A program made the translations under genes and the position numbers. Of a stretch of 64,000 bases of DNA, positions 55,032 through 64,000 are shown piece after piece. Origin of the DNA: an uncultured Clostridia bacterium (lineage in GTDB: Bacteria > Bacillota > Clostridia > TANB77 > CAG-508); contig CAKPDN010000001.1 in NCBI GenBank assembly GCA_934149005.1, positions 71,128 through 135,127 of the forward strand, in the 5' to 3' direction. Under the pieces are notes generated by a model, which worked only from the letters and a program-made list of their open reading frames with translations, was not told where the DNA came from and did no database searches. The stretch's first letter is position 1, and every line of letters starts with the position of its first letter.

Positions 55032-57704
55032 CTATTTTAATCTTTCTTCAACTTTTTGTAGCATTTCTTTGTATTTTTCTAATTTATCTTTTTCTTCTTG
55101 TACTTTCTTTTCAGGTGCTTTATTTATAAATCCTGGATTTGAAAGCATTTTTTCACATCTTGCTACTTCACTTTCTAATCTTGTTTTTTCTTCTTCAAGT
55201 CTTTTTCTTTCTTCCTCCATATCGACTAAATCTTCAAGTGGCATGTATAATTCTATTCCATCTTTTAATATACTTATTGCATTTTCTGGTATTCCAGCTT
55301 TATCTTTTTGAACCACTATTTTTTCTCCAAGTCCTAGTTTTAAAATAAAGTCTTTTGCTTCCCAAATTTCGTTTTCATATTTTTTAGTCACAAATATTAA
55401 TTCTGATTTTTTTGATGGATGTATGTTCATATTTGCTCTTACATTTCTTATTTCTGTAATAATTTCTTTGATTTTTTCAACTGTTTCTTCTTCTTTATTA
55501 AATTCAAATTCTTTTTTTATTTCTGGCCATTTTGCAACTATTATGTCTTCTGTTCCAAATACTATTAAACTTTTATATATCTCTGCTGTAACAAATGGCA
55601 TAAATGGATGTAATAATTTAAGTGATGCTGCTAAAATATGATTTAATACATATGTTACTGAAGCTTTTTCTTCTTCTTTTTGGCTATAAATTCTTGGTTT
55701 TACCATTTCTATATACCAATCACAGAATTCGTTCCAAATAAAATTATATATATTATCCAGTGCTATTCCTAGATCATACTTATTAATATTTTTAGTAACA
55801 TCTATTACTAATTTATCAAATTTGTTTAATATCCATTTATCTTCAATTCTCAACCTTTCAGGATTGTATGTTTCATTTTTTTTAATGGTTTCATTATAAA
55901 AGTTTCTTACTTTTTCTTCATCTGGTGCATTCATTATTATGAATTTAGCTGCATTCCAAATCTTGTTTGCAAAGTTTGATGCTTGTTCTAGTTTTTCTGG
56001 CATATATTTGATGTCATTTCCCATCGTTGTACCGGAAAGTACTGAGAATCTTAAGCTATCCGCACCATATTTGTCGATTATTTCAATTGGGTCTATTCCA
56101 TTTCCTAATGATTTTGACATTTTTCTTCCTTGTGAATCTCTTACAATTCCGTGTACTACAACATCTTTGAATGGTTTTTTGTTAGTTAGTTCTAGTCCTT
56201 GTGTCATCATTCTTGATATCCAAAATGTTATAATATCATAACCAGTTACTAATACATTTGTTGGATAAAATGTTTTATAATCTTCTGATTCTGTGTTTGG
56301 CCAACCTAATGTTGAGAATGGCCATAATGCTGAGCTGAACCATGTGTCTAATGAGTCTTCATCTTGATGTAATTTAGTTGAACCACATTTTTCACATTTT
56401 TTTGGCATTTGTTTTGCTACATGTATATGTCCACAATCATCACAATAATATACTGGTATTCTGTGTCCCCACCATAACTGTCTTGATATACACCAGTCTT
56501 GGATATTATCTAACCAGTTAAAGTACATTTTTTCATATCTTTTTGGAACAAATTTCACTTCATCGTTTCTAACTGCATCTGCTGCCTTTTTTGCTAAATC
56601 TTTCATTGATACAAACCATTGCTCTGAAATTCTTGGTTCTATTGTGCTGTGGCATCTGTAGCATTTTCCAACATTATGTGTGTAATCTTCAATTTTAACT
56701 AAATTTCCTAGTTCTTGCAATTTTTCTACAATTATTTTTCTTGCTTCCATTGCTGGTATTCCTTTATATTCAGGAACTAAATCTCCCATAATTGAACTTT
56801 CATCAAATACTTCAATAATTTCTAAATTATGTCTTAATCCAGCTTGATAGTCGTTTGGATCATGTGCTGGTGTAATTTTAACGCATCCTGTTCCAAATTC
56901 TTTTTCTACAAATTCATCTGCAATTATAGGAATTTCTTTATTCATAATTGGTAAAATACATTTTTTTCCTATTAAATCTTTATACCTTCCATCATCTGGA
57001 TGTACTGCAACCGCTGTATCTCCAAGCATTGTTTCAGGTCTTGTCGTTGCAACTATAATGTATCTATCTGGCTCACCTGCAATTTGATATCTAATATACC
57101 ATAAATGTGAAGTTTCATCCTCATATTCAACTTCTGCATCAGAAATTGTTGTATGACAAGAAGGACACCAATTTATCATTTTTTTCCCTTTATAAATTAG
57201 CCCTTTATTATACAATTGGATGAATTGTTCCAAAACTGCTTCTGATAGTCCTTCATCCATAGTAAATCTATCTCTATCCCAATCGCAAGAACATCCTAAT
57301 CTTCTTTGCTGTTTTTTAATTGTTCCACCATATTCTTTAGTCCAAGCCCATGCTCTTTCTAAAAATTGTTCTCTTGTAATATCAGCTTTTGTCAATCCTT
57401 CTTTCTCTTTCATTTTAGCAACAACTTTTACTTCTGTTGCAATAGCTGCATGGTCTGAACCTGGAAGCCATAATGTGTTGTATCCTTGCATTCTTTTAAA
57501 TCTTATTAAAATATCTTGTATTGTGTCATCTAATGCATGTCCCATATGTAGTTTTCCTGTTACATTAGGTGGTGGCATCATTATGCAATAGCTTTCTTTT
57601 GTTTTGTCCATGCTTGGTTTAAAGTACCCCTTTTCTTCCCATTCTTTATATAGTTTTTCTTCAAAATCTTGTGGATTATATTTGTCATTTAACTTTTTAT
57701 CCAT
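55032..57704 (-). CDS. valS: valine--tRNA ligase
   Basis: HIGH motif PPNVTGKLHMGHAL, KMSKS motif KMSKSLGN, 890 aa with C-terminal coiled-coil. Confidence 0.95.
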   Translation of the reverse strand: MDKKLNDKYNPQDFEEKLYKEWEEKGYFKPSMDKTKESYCIMMPPPNVTGKLHMGHALDDTIQDILIRFKRMQGYNTLWLPGSDHAAIATEVKVVAKMKEKEGLTKADITREQFLERAWAWTKEYGGTIKKQQRRLGCSCDWDRDRFTMDEGLSEAVLEQFIQLYNKGLIYKGKKMINWCPSCHTTISDAEVEYEDETSHLWYIRYQIAGEPDRYIIVATTRPETMLGDTAVAVHPDDGRYKDLIGKKCILPIMNKEIPIIADEFVEKEFGTGCVKITPAHDPNDYQAGLRHNLEIIEVFDESSIMGDLVPEYKGIPAMEARKIIVEKLQELGNLVKIEDYTHNVGKCYRCHSTIEPRISEQWFVSMKDLAKKAADAVRNDEVKFVPKRYEKMYFNWLDNIQDWCISRQLWWGHRIPVYYCDDCGHIHVAKQMPKKCEKCGSTKLHQDEDSLDTWFSSALWPFSTLGWPNTESEDYKTFYPTNVLVTGYDIITFWISRMMTQGLELTNKKPFKDVVVHGIVRDSQGRKMSKSLGNGIDPIEIIDKYGADSLRFSVLSGTTMGNDIKYMPEKLEQASNFANKIWNAAKFIIMNAPDEEKVRNFYNETIKKNETYNPERLRIEDKWILNKFDKLVIDVTKNINKYDLGIALDNIYNFIWNEFCDWYIEMVKPRIYSQKEEEKASVTYVLNHILAASLKLLHPFMPFVTAEIYKSLIVFGTEDIIVAKWPEIKKEFEFNKEEETVEKIKEIITEIRNVRANMNIHPSKKSELIFVTKKYENEIWEAKDFILKLGLGEKIVVQKDKAGIPENAISILKDGIELYMPLEDLVDMEEERKRLEEEKTRLESEVARCEKMLSNPGFINKAPEKKVQEEKDKLEKYKEMLQKVEERLK

Positions 57705-57975
57705 TTAAAATTTACCTCCTTCTTTTTGAGACATGTGGGACGGTCTTATTTTGTCTCACTTTTTTGTCGATTTTTGTCTTTTTTCATTTTTTAAATCATT
57801 CAAACATTTTTCGACATTTTTTTCGGTTTTTGTGAGACATTTTTGGACCGTCCCCAGTGTCTCACTCAAAAAAGCTCACCCTAAATTGCTATTACACAAT
57901 ATAAGGGCGAGCTTTTTATCTCACGTTACCACCTTAATTATTATCTATTTTTTTATTTCTTTTTATAGATAATTT
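57705..57975 (-). promoter_or_regulatory. T-box riboswitch leader of valS
   Basis: Minus-strand T-box sequence AATTAAGGTGGTAACGTGAG (57920-57939) followed by GCTCGCCC, plus downstream hairpins. Confidence 0.7.
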
Positions 57976-58242
57976 CTCATTTTACTTTAACGCAGCTTAT
58001 ACGGATAATCTTAAGTTTATTTTCGGATTATCAACTCAAAAGTTACTTTCTATTTATCCTAATTTCAGAAGTTTACAGCCTATGACTTCTGTTCTCTTTA
58101 AATTGGTGCTTAAATATACTTCTCTTTTTCTTCGTTTTTTATTTATTATGGTATAATTATATTACTTTTTATTCTTTTTGTCTAGTGATTTTTATATAAA
58201 ATATCCGATACTAAGTTTAACTAATTAGTATCGGATATTTTT

Positions 58243-58908
58243 CTAAATAATTTTCATTGCTTCTAATAAAGATTCGACTTCATGAGTTGGATGGTATTTA
58301 GTTTCGTTTTTATTTTTTCCCTTATTTAACCATATAGATTTTATGCCAGCATGGTTAGCAAATGCGATGTCAGTTGTAAGCGAATCACCAATAATAAGAT
58401 ACTGTTCTTCTCTTTCTGCTTTTATTAATCCTTTTGATGATAATGGATTGCTTTTTAGATATGCATTATCACAGCAGTGTAATTCTTCGATATAGTCTAA
58501 TACACCATAGTTTTTTAACATGTCTTCCTGTACCTTTCTCCACCAATCTGATTTTACGATACTTTTTATGTTTTTTTCCTTTAGATATTCCATTAAAACT
58601 AATGTATCTTTATTAAAGTCACTTCCTTCAAATTTCATTTCATAATGTACCGCCATGAATTGCTCCGGCAAAATACCATAAATATCTAAGATTGGCATTT
58701 CGTGTTCAATAAGTTTTAATGTTTCCTTCATGTTTACTTTTTTGTTTTTAAAGTATTCCATAAATTTTGCGAAGAAATTGTAAAACTCAATTGAAAATTC
58801 TGCTACTTCAGGAATTTTTAAAGCTTTTGCTAATATCTCTGGTTCTTCTTTTTTATGAAACCACATTAAATCATCACAATCCCAAATAACTATCCGTACT
58901 TTCTCCAT
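58243..58908 (-). CDS. HAD-superfamily hydrolase (subfamily IA-like)
   Basis: VIWDCDDLMW (DxD motif I) and IGDSLTTDIAFANHAG (motif III/IV). Confidence 0.6.
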   Translation of the reverse strand: MEKVRIVIWDCDDLMWFHKKEEPEILAKALKIPEVAEFSIEFYNFFAKFMEYFKNKKVNMKETLKLIEHEMPILDIYGILPEQFMAVHYEMKFEGSDFNKDTLVLMEYLKEKNIKSIVKSDWWRKVQEDMLKNYGVLDYIEELHCCDNAYLKSNPLSSKGLIKAEREEQYLIIGDSLTTDIAFANHAGIKSIWLNKGKNKNETKYHPTHEVESLLEAMKII

Positions 58909-59026
58909 ATTTTATACCTCCATTTGTAGATATTATTAGTTACAACTTTATGTTGATAATTTTATCATTTAATTTACTATATGTCAATATTACTACCAAA
59001 TTAGTACCAATATGCTAATTTTTCTT

Positions 59027-61864
59027 TTATTCCAAATACTTTTTCAAAAATTTTCCTGTATAGCTATGTTCATTTTTGCAAATCTGTTCTGGTGTACCAA
59101 CAGCGACCACTTGTCCTCCACCATCTCCGCCTTCTGGTCCTAAGTCAATTATGTGGTCACATGTTTTTATTAAGTCTAAATTATGTTCTATAACTATAAT
59201 TGTATTCCCAGTATCCACTAATCTTTGTAAAATATCTACTAATCTATGAACATCTGCTATATGAAGACCTGTTGTAGGTTCATCTAAAATATAAAGTGTT
59301 TTTCCTGTTGCTCTTTTTGAAAGTTCTGTTGCTAGTTTAACTCTTTGTGCTTCTCCTCCTGAAAGTGTGGTTGATGGTTGCCCTAGTTTGATATATCCCA
59401 ATCCTACATCATACATAGTTTGAATTTTTTGTTTTATTTTTGGTATTTTGTCAAAAAATTCGAGTGCTTCTTCTACTGTCATATTTAATACATCTGAAAT
59501 GTTTTTTCCTTTATATTTTACTTCTAATGTTTCTCTATTATATCTTTTTCCTTTACATACTTCGCAAGGTACATAAACATCTGGTAAAAAGTGCATTTCT
59601 ATTTTGTGTACACCATCACCATTACAACTTTCACATCTTCCTCCTGCTACATTAAAACTGAATCTTCCTTTGTCAAATCCACGTAATTTTGCTTCATTTG
59701 TTCCTGCGAATATATCTCTTATTAAATCAAATACTCCTGTATATGTTGCTGGGTTTGAACGTGGTGTTCTTCCTATTGGTGATTGGTCTATATTAATTAT
59801 TTTGTCTATATTTTCTAGTCCTTTTACTTCTTTACATTTTCCTGGTTTTTCTGATGAGCCGTTTAGTTCTTTTGCAATTGTTTTGTATAAAACTTCATTT
59901 ACAAGTGTTGATTTTCCTGAGCCTGAAACACCTGTAACACAAGTAAATACTCCAAGTGGAAATTTTACGCTTATGTTTTTTAAGTTGTTTTCTGCGGCAT
60001 TTTTTACTTCTATTACTTTTGATTTTACATGTTTTCTTCTTGTTTTTGGAACTTCTATTTTCTTTTTTCCACTTAAATATTGTCCTGTGATTGAATTTTC
60101 TACTTGTTTTATTTCTTCCGCTGTTCCCTGTGCCATAACATTTCCACCATGCACACCTGCTCCGGGTCCAATATCTATTATTTGGTCTGCTGCATACATT
60201 GTGTCTTCATCATGTTCCACCACTAAAAGAGTATTTCCTAAATCTCTTAATTTTTTTAATGTTGCAATTAATTTATCATTATCCCTTTGATGAAGTCCAA
60301 TGCTTGGTTCATCTAAAATGTACATAACTCCTGTAAGTCCAGATCCTATTTGAGTTGCTAAACGGATTCTTTGTGCTTCTCCTCCTGATAGGGAACCTGC
60401 ATTTCTTGAAAGTGTTAAATATTCTAGTCCTACATCTATTAAAAATTGAAGTCTTGTGTTTATTTCTTTTAATATCATGTCTGCAATCATTGCTTCCTTT
60501 TGAGTTAATTTTAATGCTCCTAAAAATTCTTTTAAGTCTTTTATTGACATATCTGTTATTTCATTTATGTTTTTATCATTTATTTTTATGCATAATATTT
60601 CTTTTTTTAGCCTGGCTCCATTACAAGTATGGCAGTTAGAATTTGTCATATACATTTCATAGAAACTTCTCATACCTTGTGATTTTGTTTCACTATGACG
60701 TCTATCAAGTGTTGGCAAGACTCCCTCAAATGGTGCTGTAAACTTTCTTACACCAGCAGCAGATGAATATTCAAAATCAATTTTTTCATCCCCTGTACCA
60801 TATAAGATTTTTTCCATAAACCATCTTGGTAATTTTTTTATTGGAACATCTTTTATTTTTACGCCATAATGTTTGGCTATACTTTCAAAATACATTTTTG
60901 CCATTGTATCGCCTTTTTTCATTGTACTTGCACCAAATGCTTTTATTCCATCATATAAAGTTTTATTTTTATCAGGTACTATTAAATCTTCATCCATTTT
61001 CATTAAATATCCTATACCCATACATGTTGGACAAGCTCCATATGGATTATTAAACGAAAACATTCTTGGTGTTATTTCTGGAAAGCTGAAACCACAGTCT
61101 GGGCATGCATAATTAGAACTATATAATACCATTTTTTCTCCATTACTAGAAAAAATATCTACTAATACTAGATTTTCTGCATGTTTTAAAGCTGTTTCTA
61201 CTGATTCTGTGAGTCTACTTCTTATTTCTTCTTTAACAACTAGTCTATCTACAATTAATTCAATTTCATGTTTTTTATTTTTATCTAATTTAATTTCATC
61301 TGATAAATCGTAAACCTCTCCATCAATTCTTGCTCTGACAAATCCATCTTTTTGATAGCCTTCTAATTGTTTTACAAATTCTCCTTTTCTACTTCTTACA
61401 ACAGGTGCTAAAATTTGTATTCTTGTTCCTTCTTCTAAAGCCATTATATTATCAACTATTTGGTCAATTGATTGCTTTTCAATTTTTTTGCCGCAATTTG
61501 GGCAATATGGTACTCCTATATTTGCATATAATAAACGAATATAATCATATATTTCTGTTACTGTTCCAACTGTTGAACGTGGATTCTTTGATGTGGTTTT
61601 TTGGTCTATTGATATTGCTGGTGATAATCCTTCTATTGATTCTACATCTGGTTTTTCCATTATTCCTAAAAATTGTCTTGCATATGATGATAAACTTTCT
61701 ACATATCTTCTTTGTCCTTCTGCATATAATGTATCAAATGCAAGTGATGATTTTCCAGAACCTGATAGTCCTGTTATTACTACCATTTTATCTCTTGGTA
61801 TTTCTAAATTTATATTCTTTAAATTATGCTCTTTTGCACCTTTTATTATTATTTTATCATTCAT
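59027..61864 (-). CDS. uvrA: excinuclease ABC subunit A
   Basis: Two ABC ATPase modules (GLSGSGKSS / GVSGSGKST; LSGGEAQR x2), zinc fingers CPNCG / CPDCG / CESCNGDG, UvrB-interaction region present. Start at [10 protein letters not shown]. Confidence 0.9.
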   Translation of the reverse strand: MNDKIIIKGAKEHNLKNINLEIPRDKMVVITGLSGSGKSSLAFDTLYAEGQRRYVESLSSYARQFLGIMEKPDVESIEGLSPAISIDQKTTSKNPRSTVGTVTEIYDYIRLLYANIGVPYCPNCGKKIEKQSIDQIVDNIMALEEGTRIQILAPVVRSRKGEFVKQLEGYQKDGFVRARIDGEVYDLSDEIKLDKNKKHEIELIVDRLVVKEEIRSRLTESVETALKHAENLVLVDIFSSNGEKMVLYSSNYACPDCGFSFPEITPRMFSFNNPYGACPTCMGIGYLMKMDEDLIVPDKNKTLYDGIKAFGASTMKKGDTMAKMYFESIAKHYGVKIKDVPIKKLPRWFMEKILYGTGDEKIDFEYSSAAGVRKFTAPFEGVLPTLDRRHSETKSQGMRSFYEMYMTNSNCHTCNGARLKKEILCIKINDKNINEITDMSIKDLKEFLGALKLTQKEAMIADMILKEINTRLQFLIDVGLEYLTLSRNAGSLSGGEAQRIRLATQIGSGLTGVMYILDEPSIGLHQRDNDKLIATLKKLRDLGNTLLVVEHDEDTMYAADQIIDIGPGAGVHGGNVMAQGTAEEIKQVENSITGQYLSGKKKIEVPKTRRKHVKSKVIEVKNAAENNLKNISVKFPLGVFTCVTGVSGSGKSTLVNEVLYKTIAKELNGSSEKPGKCKEVKGLENIDKIINIDQSPIGRTPRSNPATYTGVFDLIRDIFAGTNEAKLRGFDKGRFSFNVAGGRCESCNGDGVHKIEMHFLPDVYVPCEVCKGKRYNRETLEVKYKGKNISDVLNMTVEEALEFFDKIPKIKQKIQTMYDVGLGYIKLGQPSTTLSGGEAQRVKLATELSKRATGKTLYILDEPTTGLHIADVHRLVDILQRLVDTGNTIIVIEHNLDLIKTCDHIIDLGPEGGDGGGQVVAVGTPEQICKNEHSYTGKFLKKYLE

Positions 61865-61936
61865 TTTTTTCACTCCTTGTTCCAAAAGGTATGTTTCTAA
61901 TTGGCCATTTTCCTTTTTTGGCATTTTGTACCCCTA

Positions 61937-61956
61937 AAAAAAATGTCCCTCTTGGG
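61937..61956 (-). promoter_or_regulatory. palindrome AATGTCCC-tctt-GGGACATT in the uvrA 5' UTR, downstream of a TTGTTT-17-TATAAT promoter
   Basis: Perfect 8-bp arms. A candidate SOS-like half-palindrome AAACTCTTGTTT overlaps the -35. Confidence 0.35.
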
Positions 61957-62002
61957 ACATTATACTATATTTATAAATTTAAAACAAGAGTTTGGTAAAT
62001 TT

Positions 62003-62773
62003 TTATTCAAAATAATGCTCGCTGTCTCCGTTTTCTATCTCATTTATTAAATTAATTTCTTGCCAATAAGATAGCTCCTTTTCATAATATTGTAAAATTT
62101 GAGAAGCTCTAATTAAAATTATTCTTTTAATTGTAAATTGTTCTTTTTCTTCAAGTCTTTGATTTTTTCGTGCGTTTTCTTCACTGGCATATTCTTTTTT
62201 ACGATTCATATAATAAACATTTTTTAGTGTTCTATCTAGTTCTCCTAACAATATTTTATCTCCTTGTGTATCGTGTATTACAATAGCATTTTTAAATTCT
62301 TTTGTAACCATCCATCCTCCTATATTATAATATATATCCACATCATCACGTTTTTCTGTGACACATAACCATCGTTCATCCACCATATTACTAAATATTT
62401 TCATTACTGCTGCATTTGGAAAACACAGTTGTGTTAATGAGCTTTGAAGAACTTTTTCTAATGAATCTTCTCCAAATATAAGATTTGTAACACTTAAATT
62501 ATATAATACGTTTTCATCTTTGTTTGCTCTTGTTTCCATATCACTTAATAGTTTAGTATCTTTTTGTTCATAAATTCCCTCAAGTTGTCCTTTTAATTCT
62601 AATTTAAATTTATATATTTCTGCTCTATAATTTCTTATTTTTTGTGTTAGGTCTAATAATTCTTCCATATTAGTGGTATATCTGGAAATCTGTTCCATTT
62701 CTTTATCTACTATTTTTTCATTTTTTTGTTCTATTTCATACTGATTTCTAGCTTTTTCGTTATCTTTAAACAC
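62003..62773 (-). CDS. hypothetical protein
   Basis: 256-aa ORF, coiled-coil-rich. Confidence 0.4.
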   Translation of the reverse strand: MFKDNEKARNQYEIEQKNEKIVDKEMEQISRYTTNMEELLDLTQKIRNYRAEIYKFKLELKGQLEGIYEQKDTKLLSDMETRANKDENVLYNLSVTNLIFGEDSLEKVLQSSLTQLCFPNAAVMKIFSNMVDERWLCVTEKRDDVDIYYNIGGWMVTKEFKNAIVIHDTQGDKILLGELDRTLKNVYYMNRKKEYASEENARKNQRLEEKEQFTIKRIILIRASQILQYYEKELSYWQEINLINEIENGDSEHYFE

Positions 62774-62795
62774 AATTTTTTCTCCTTTCAGTTTC

Positions 62796-63110
62796 TTATA
62801 TATTGATTTTTAAATTAATTTCTCTCCAAGTGTTCAATTCTTTATTAATAACATTATAAACTTCAAATATTCTTTTTTCTATATCCTTTGTTTTACTTAT
62901 TTTTATATTTATTGTCTCTTTAATACTATATGCTTTTTCCAATAGCCCTTTCTCTTTTAAATTTTGTTGTATATAGTATATTTCATTAATATCTTCTTTT
63001 GCCCAATTTATAATTTCTTTATATTTTATATACTCAGATATTTTTTCTAAATTATTTGCTAATTTAAAGATTTTTTTAGTATTTATAACGTTAATTTCTT
63101 TTATCTCCAT
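62796..63110 (-). CDS. hypothetical protein (104 aa)
   Basis: ORF 22 bp upstream of the next gene. Confidence 0.35.
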   Translation of the reverse strand: MEIKEINVINTKKIFKLANNLEKISEYIKYKEIINWAKEDINEIYYIQQNLKEKGLLEKAYSIKETINIKISKTKDIEKRIFEVYNVINKELNTWREINLKINI

Positions 63111-63136
63111 ATGATAATCTGTCTCCTTTTAATACT

Positions 63137-64000
63137 TTATAATTCTTTAGTATTTTCTATTTCATTAAATTTGATTTCTGAAATTTCTTCTATCTTTTTA
63201 ATAACTTCTGCTTTTTCTCCACTTATTATTTCACTATGACTTATAAATGACTTTTTTTCTATTAATTCTAGTTCTTCTTCTGAGCTTTCTTTTATACTAC
63301 AATTTAATCCATTTTTGCTTATAAGAAATTTTGCTATTAATACAGGATTTTTTTCTGTTTTATTTTCATATTTTAAATAATAAACTTCATTATCTACTTC
63401 TTCATATTTACAATTTTTACTTGTGATATGTTCTCTATTACTATATAATAAACAATTCAATTTCATTTCAATAGCATCTTTTGATAGCATATTAATTCCA
63501 CATGCATTTATATTTCCAATCATATTTACAATCATATGAAAAGCTTGTACTGGTGTTACCATCGTGTTTGAATAAAATTTATATAAGTTTTTATACTGTT
63601 CTCCTTCTTGTTCTATAATTCTAACTGCTATCACTTTATTGCTTAAACCTTGATATAAAACTATTCCATCATTATATACTGCTGCTTTCTGTTTTTTGTA
63701 TTTTTCACTTGTTAAAATTTTTCCTAATTTTTCTGAAGCTTCTTTATTAAATTTTAATTTTTCTGGACTATTAGTTTTTTCTAAAACAATTTTTCCTATT
63801 TCTGTCCAATTTCCATTACTAGAAATATCAAATATACTCTCACTACTATTTATATCTATTTTTTGTATCTCTCCTTGTGGGGTATTTTCTACAATAAAGT
63901 TTTTATTTTTATCTACTTCTAGTTCTTGTTCTTCATCATTTTTTAATATGTTTAAATCAGTGTCTTGTAGCGGTCTACCTAATAATTTTTGTAATAATTC
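63137..64000 (-). CDS. hypothetical protein, 5'-partial (continues beyond window end)
   Basis: The reading frame remains open from 63634 to the window edge (...YQGLSNKVIAVRIIEQEGEQ is continuous). Confidence 0.4.
   Translation of the reverse strand, partial: ELLQKLLGRPLQDTDLNILKNDEEQELEVDKNKNFIVENTPQGEIQKIDINSSESIFDISSNGNWTEIGKIVLEKTNSPEKLKFNKEASEKLGKILTSEKYKKQKAAVYNDGIVLYQGLSNKVIAVRIIEQEGEQYKNLYKFYSNTMVTPVQAFHMIVNMIGNINACGINMLSKDAIEMKLNCLLYSNREHITSKNCKYEEVDNEVYYLKYENKTEKNPVLIAKFLISKNGLNCSIKESSEEELELIEKKSFISHSEIISGEKAEVIKKIEEISEIKFNEIENTKEL

Noticed and set aside
59027-61924. Possibility that uvrA is a class II (UvrA2, drug-resistance-type) paralogue because uvrB is not adjacent
   Set aside because: The protein is full length (945 aa from [10 protein letters not shown]) and retains the UvrB-binding and insertion-domain regions between the first Walker A and signature motifs. 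This is consistent with canonical UvrA.

Overview
AT-rich (about 27% GC) Clostridium-like low-GC Firmicutes chromosomal window. Most genes are on the minus strand. Core genes: valS with a T-box leader, uvrA, lexA, a heterodimeric ABC exporter pair, an ECF sigma factor with its anti-sigma factor, a PadR regulator, a 1-Cys peroxiredoxin, and a D-Ala-D-Ala carboxypeptidase. The central 28.6-45.4 kb segment is a mosaic integration hotspot at a tRNA-Leu(TAG) gene. It carries a 3' tRNA fragment with its downstream flank duplicated as 203-bp direct repeats, a Tn4451-like mobilizable module (MobV relaxase, putative oriT, large serine recombinase), a second decayed Mob/Pre relaxase plus a TnpV-like gene, an intact IS200/IS605 copy with an RBS-sequestering hairpin, a frameshifted tyrosine integrase, and a frameshifted ABC exporter. 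Outside the island, the most unusual feature is a (CT)16 dinucleotide tract in the 5' coding region of a type-IV-pilin-like / Big_2 surface protein gene. This looks like a slipped-strand phase-variation switch that is currently OFF. Other noteworthy items: a dockerin-bearing GH73/SH3b peptidoglycan hydrolase next to a cadherin-like anchored surface protein; a cell-wall protein with 45-bp coding VNTRs; a recurrent GGGACGGTC-containing palindrome family; and an unusually high number of frameshifted genes. No CRISPR array or rRNA was seen.
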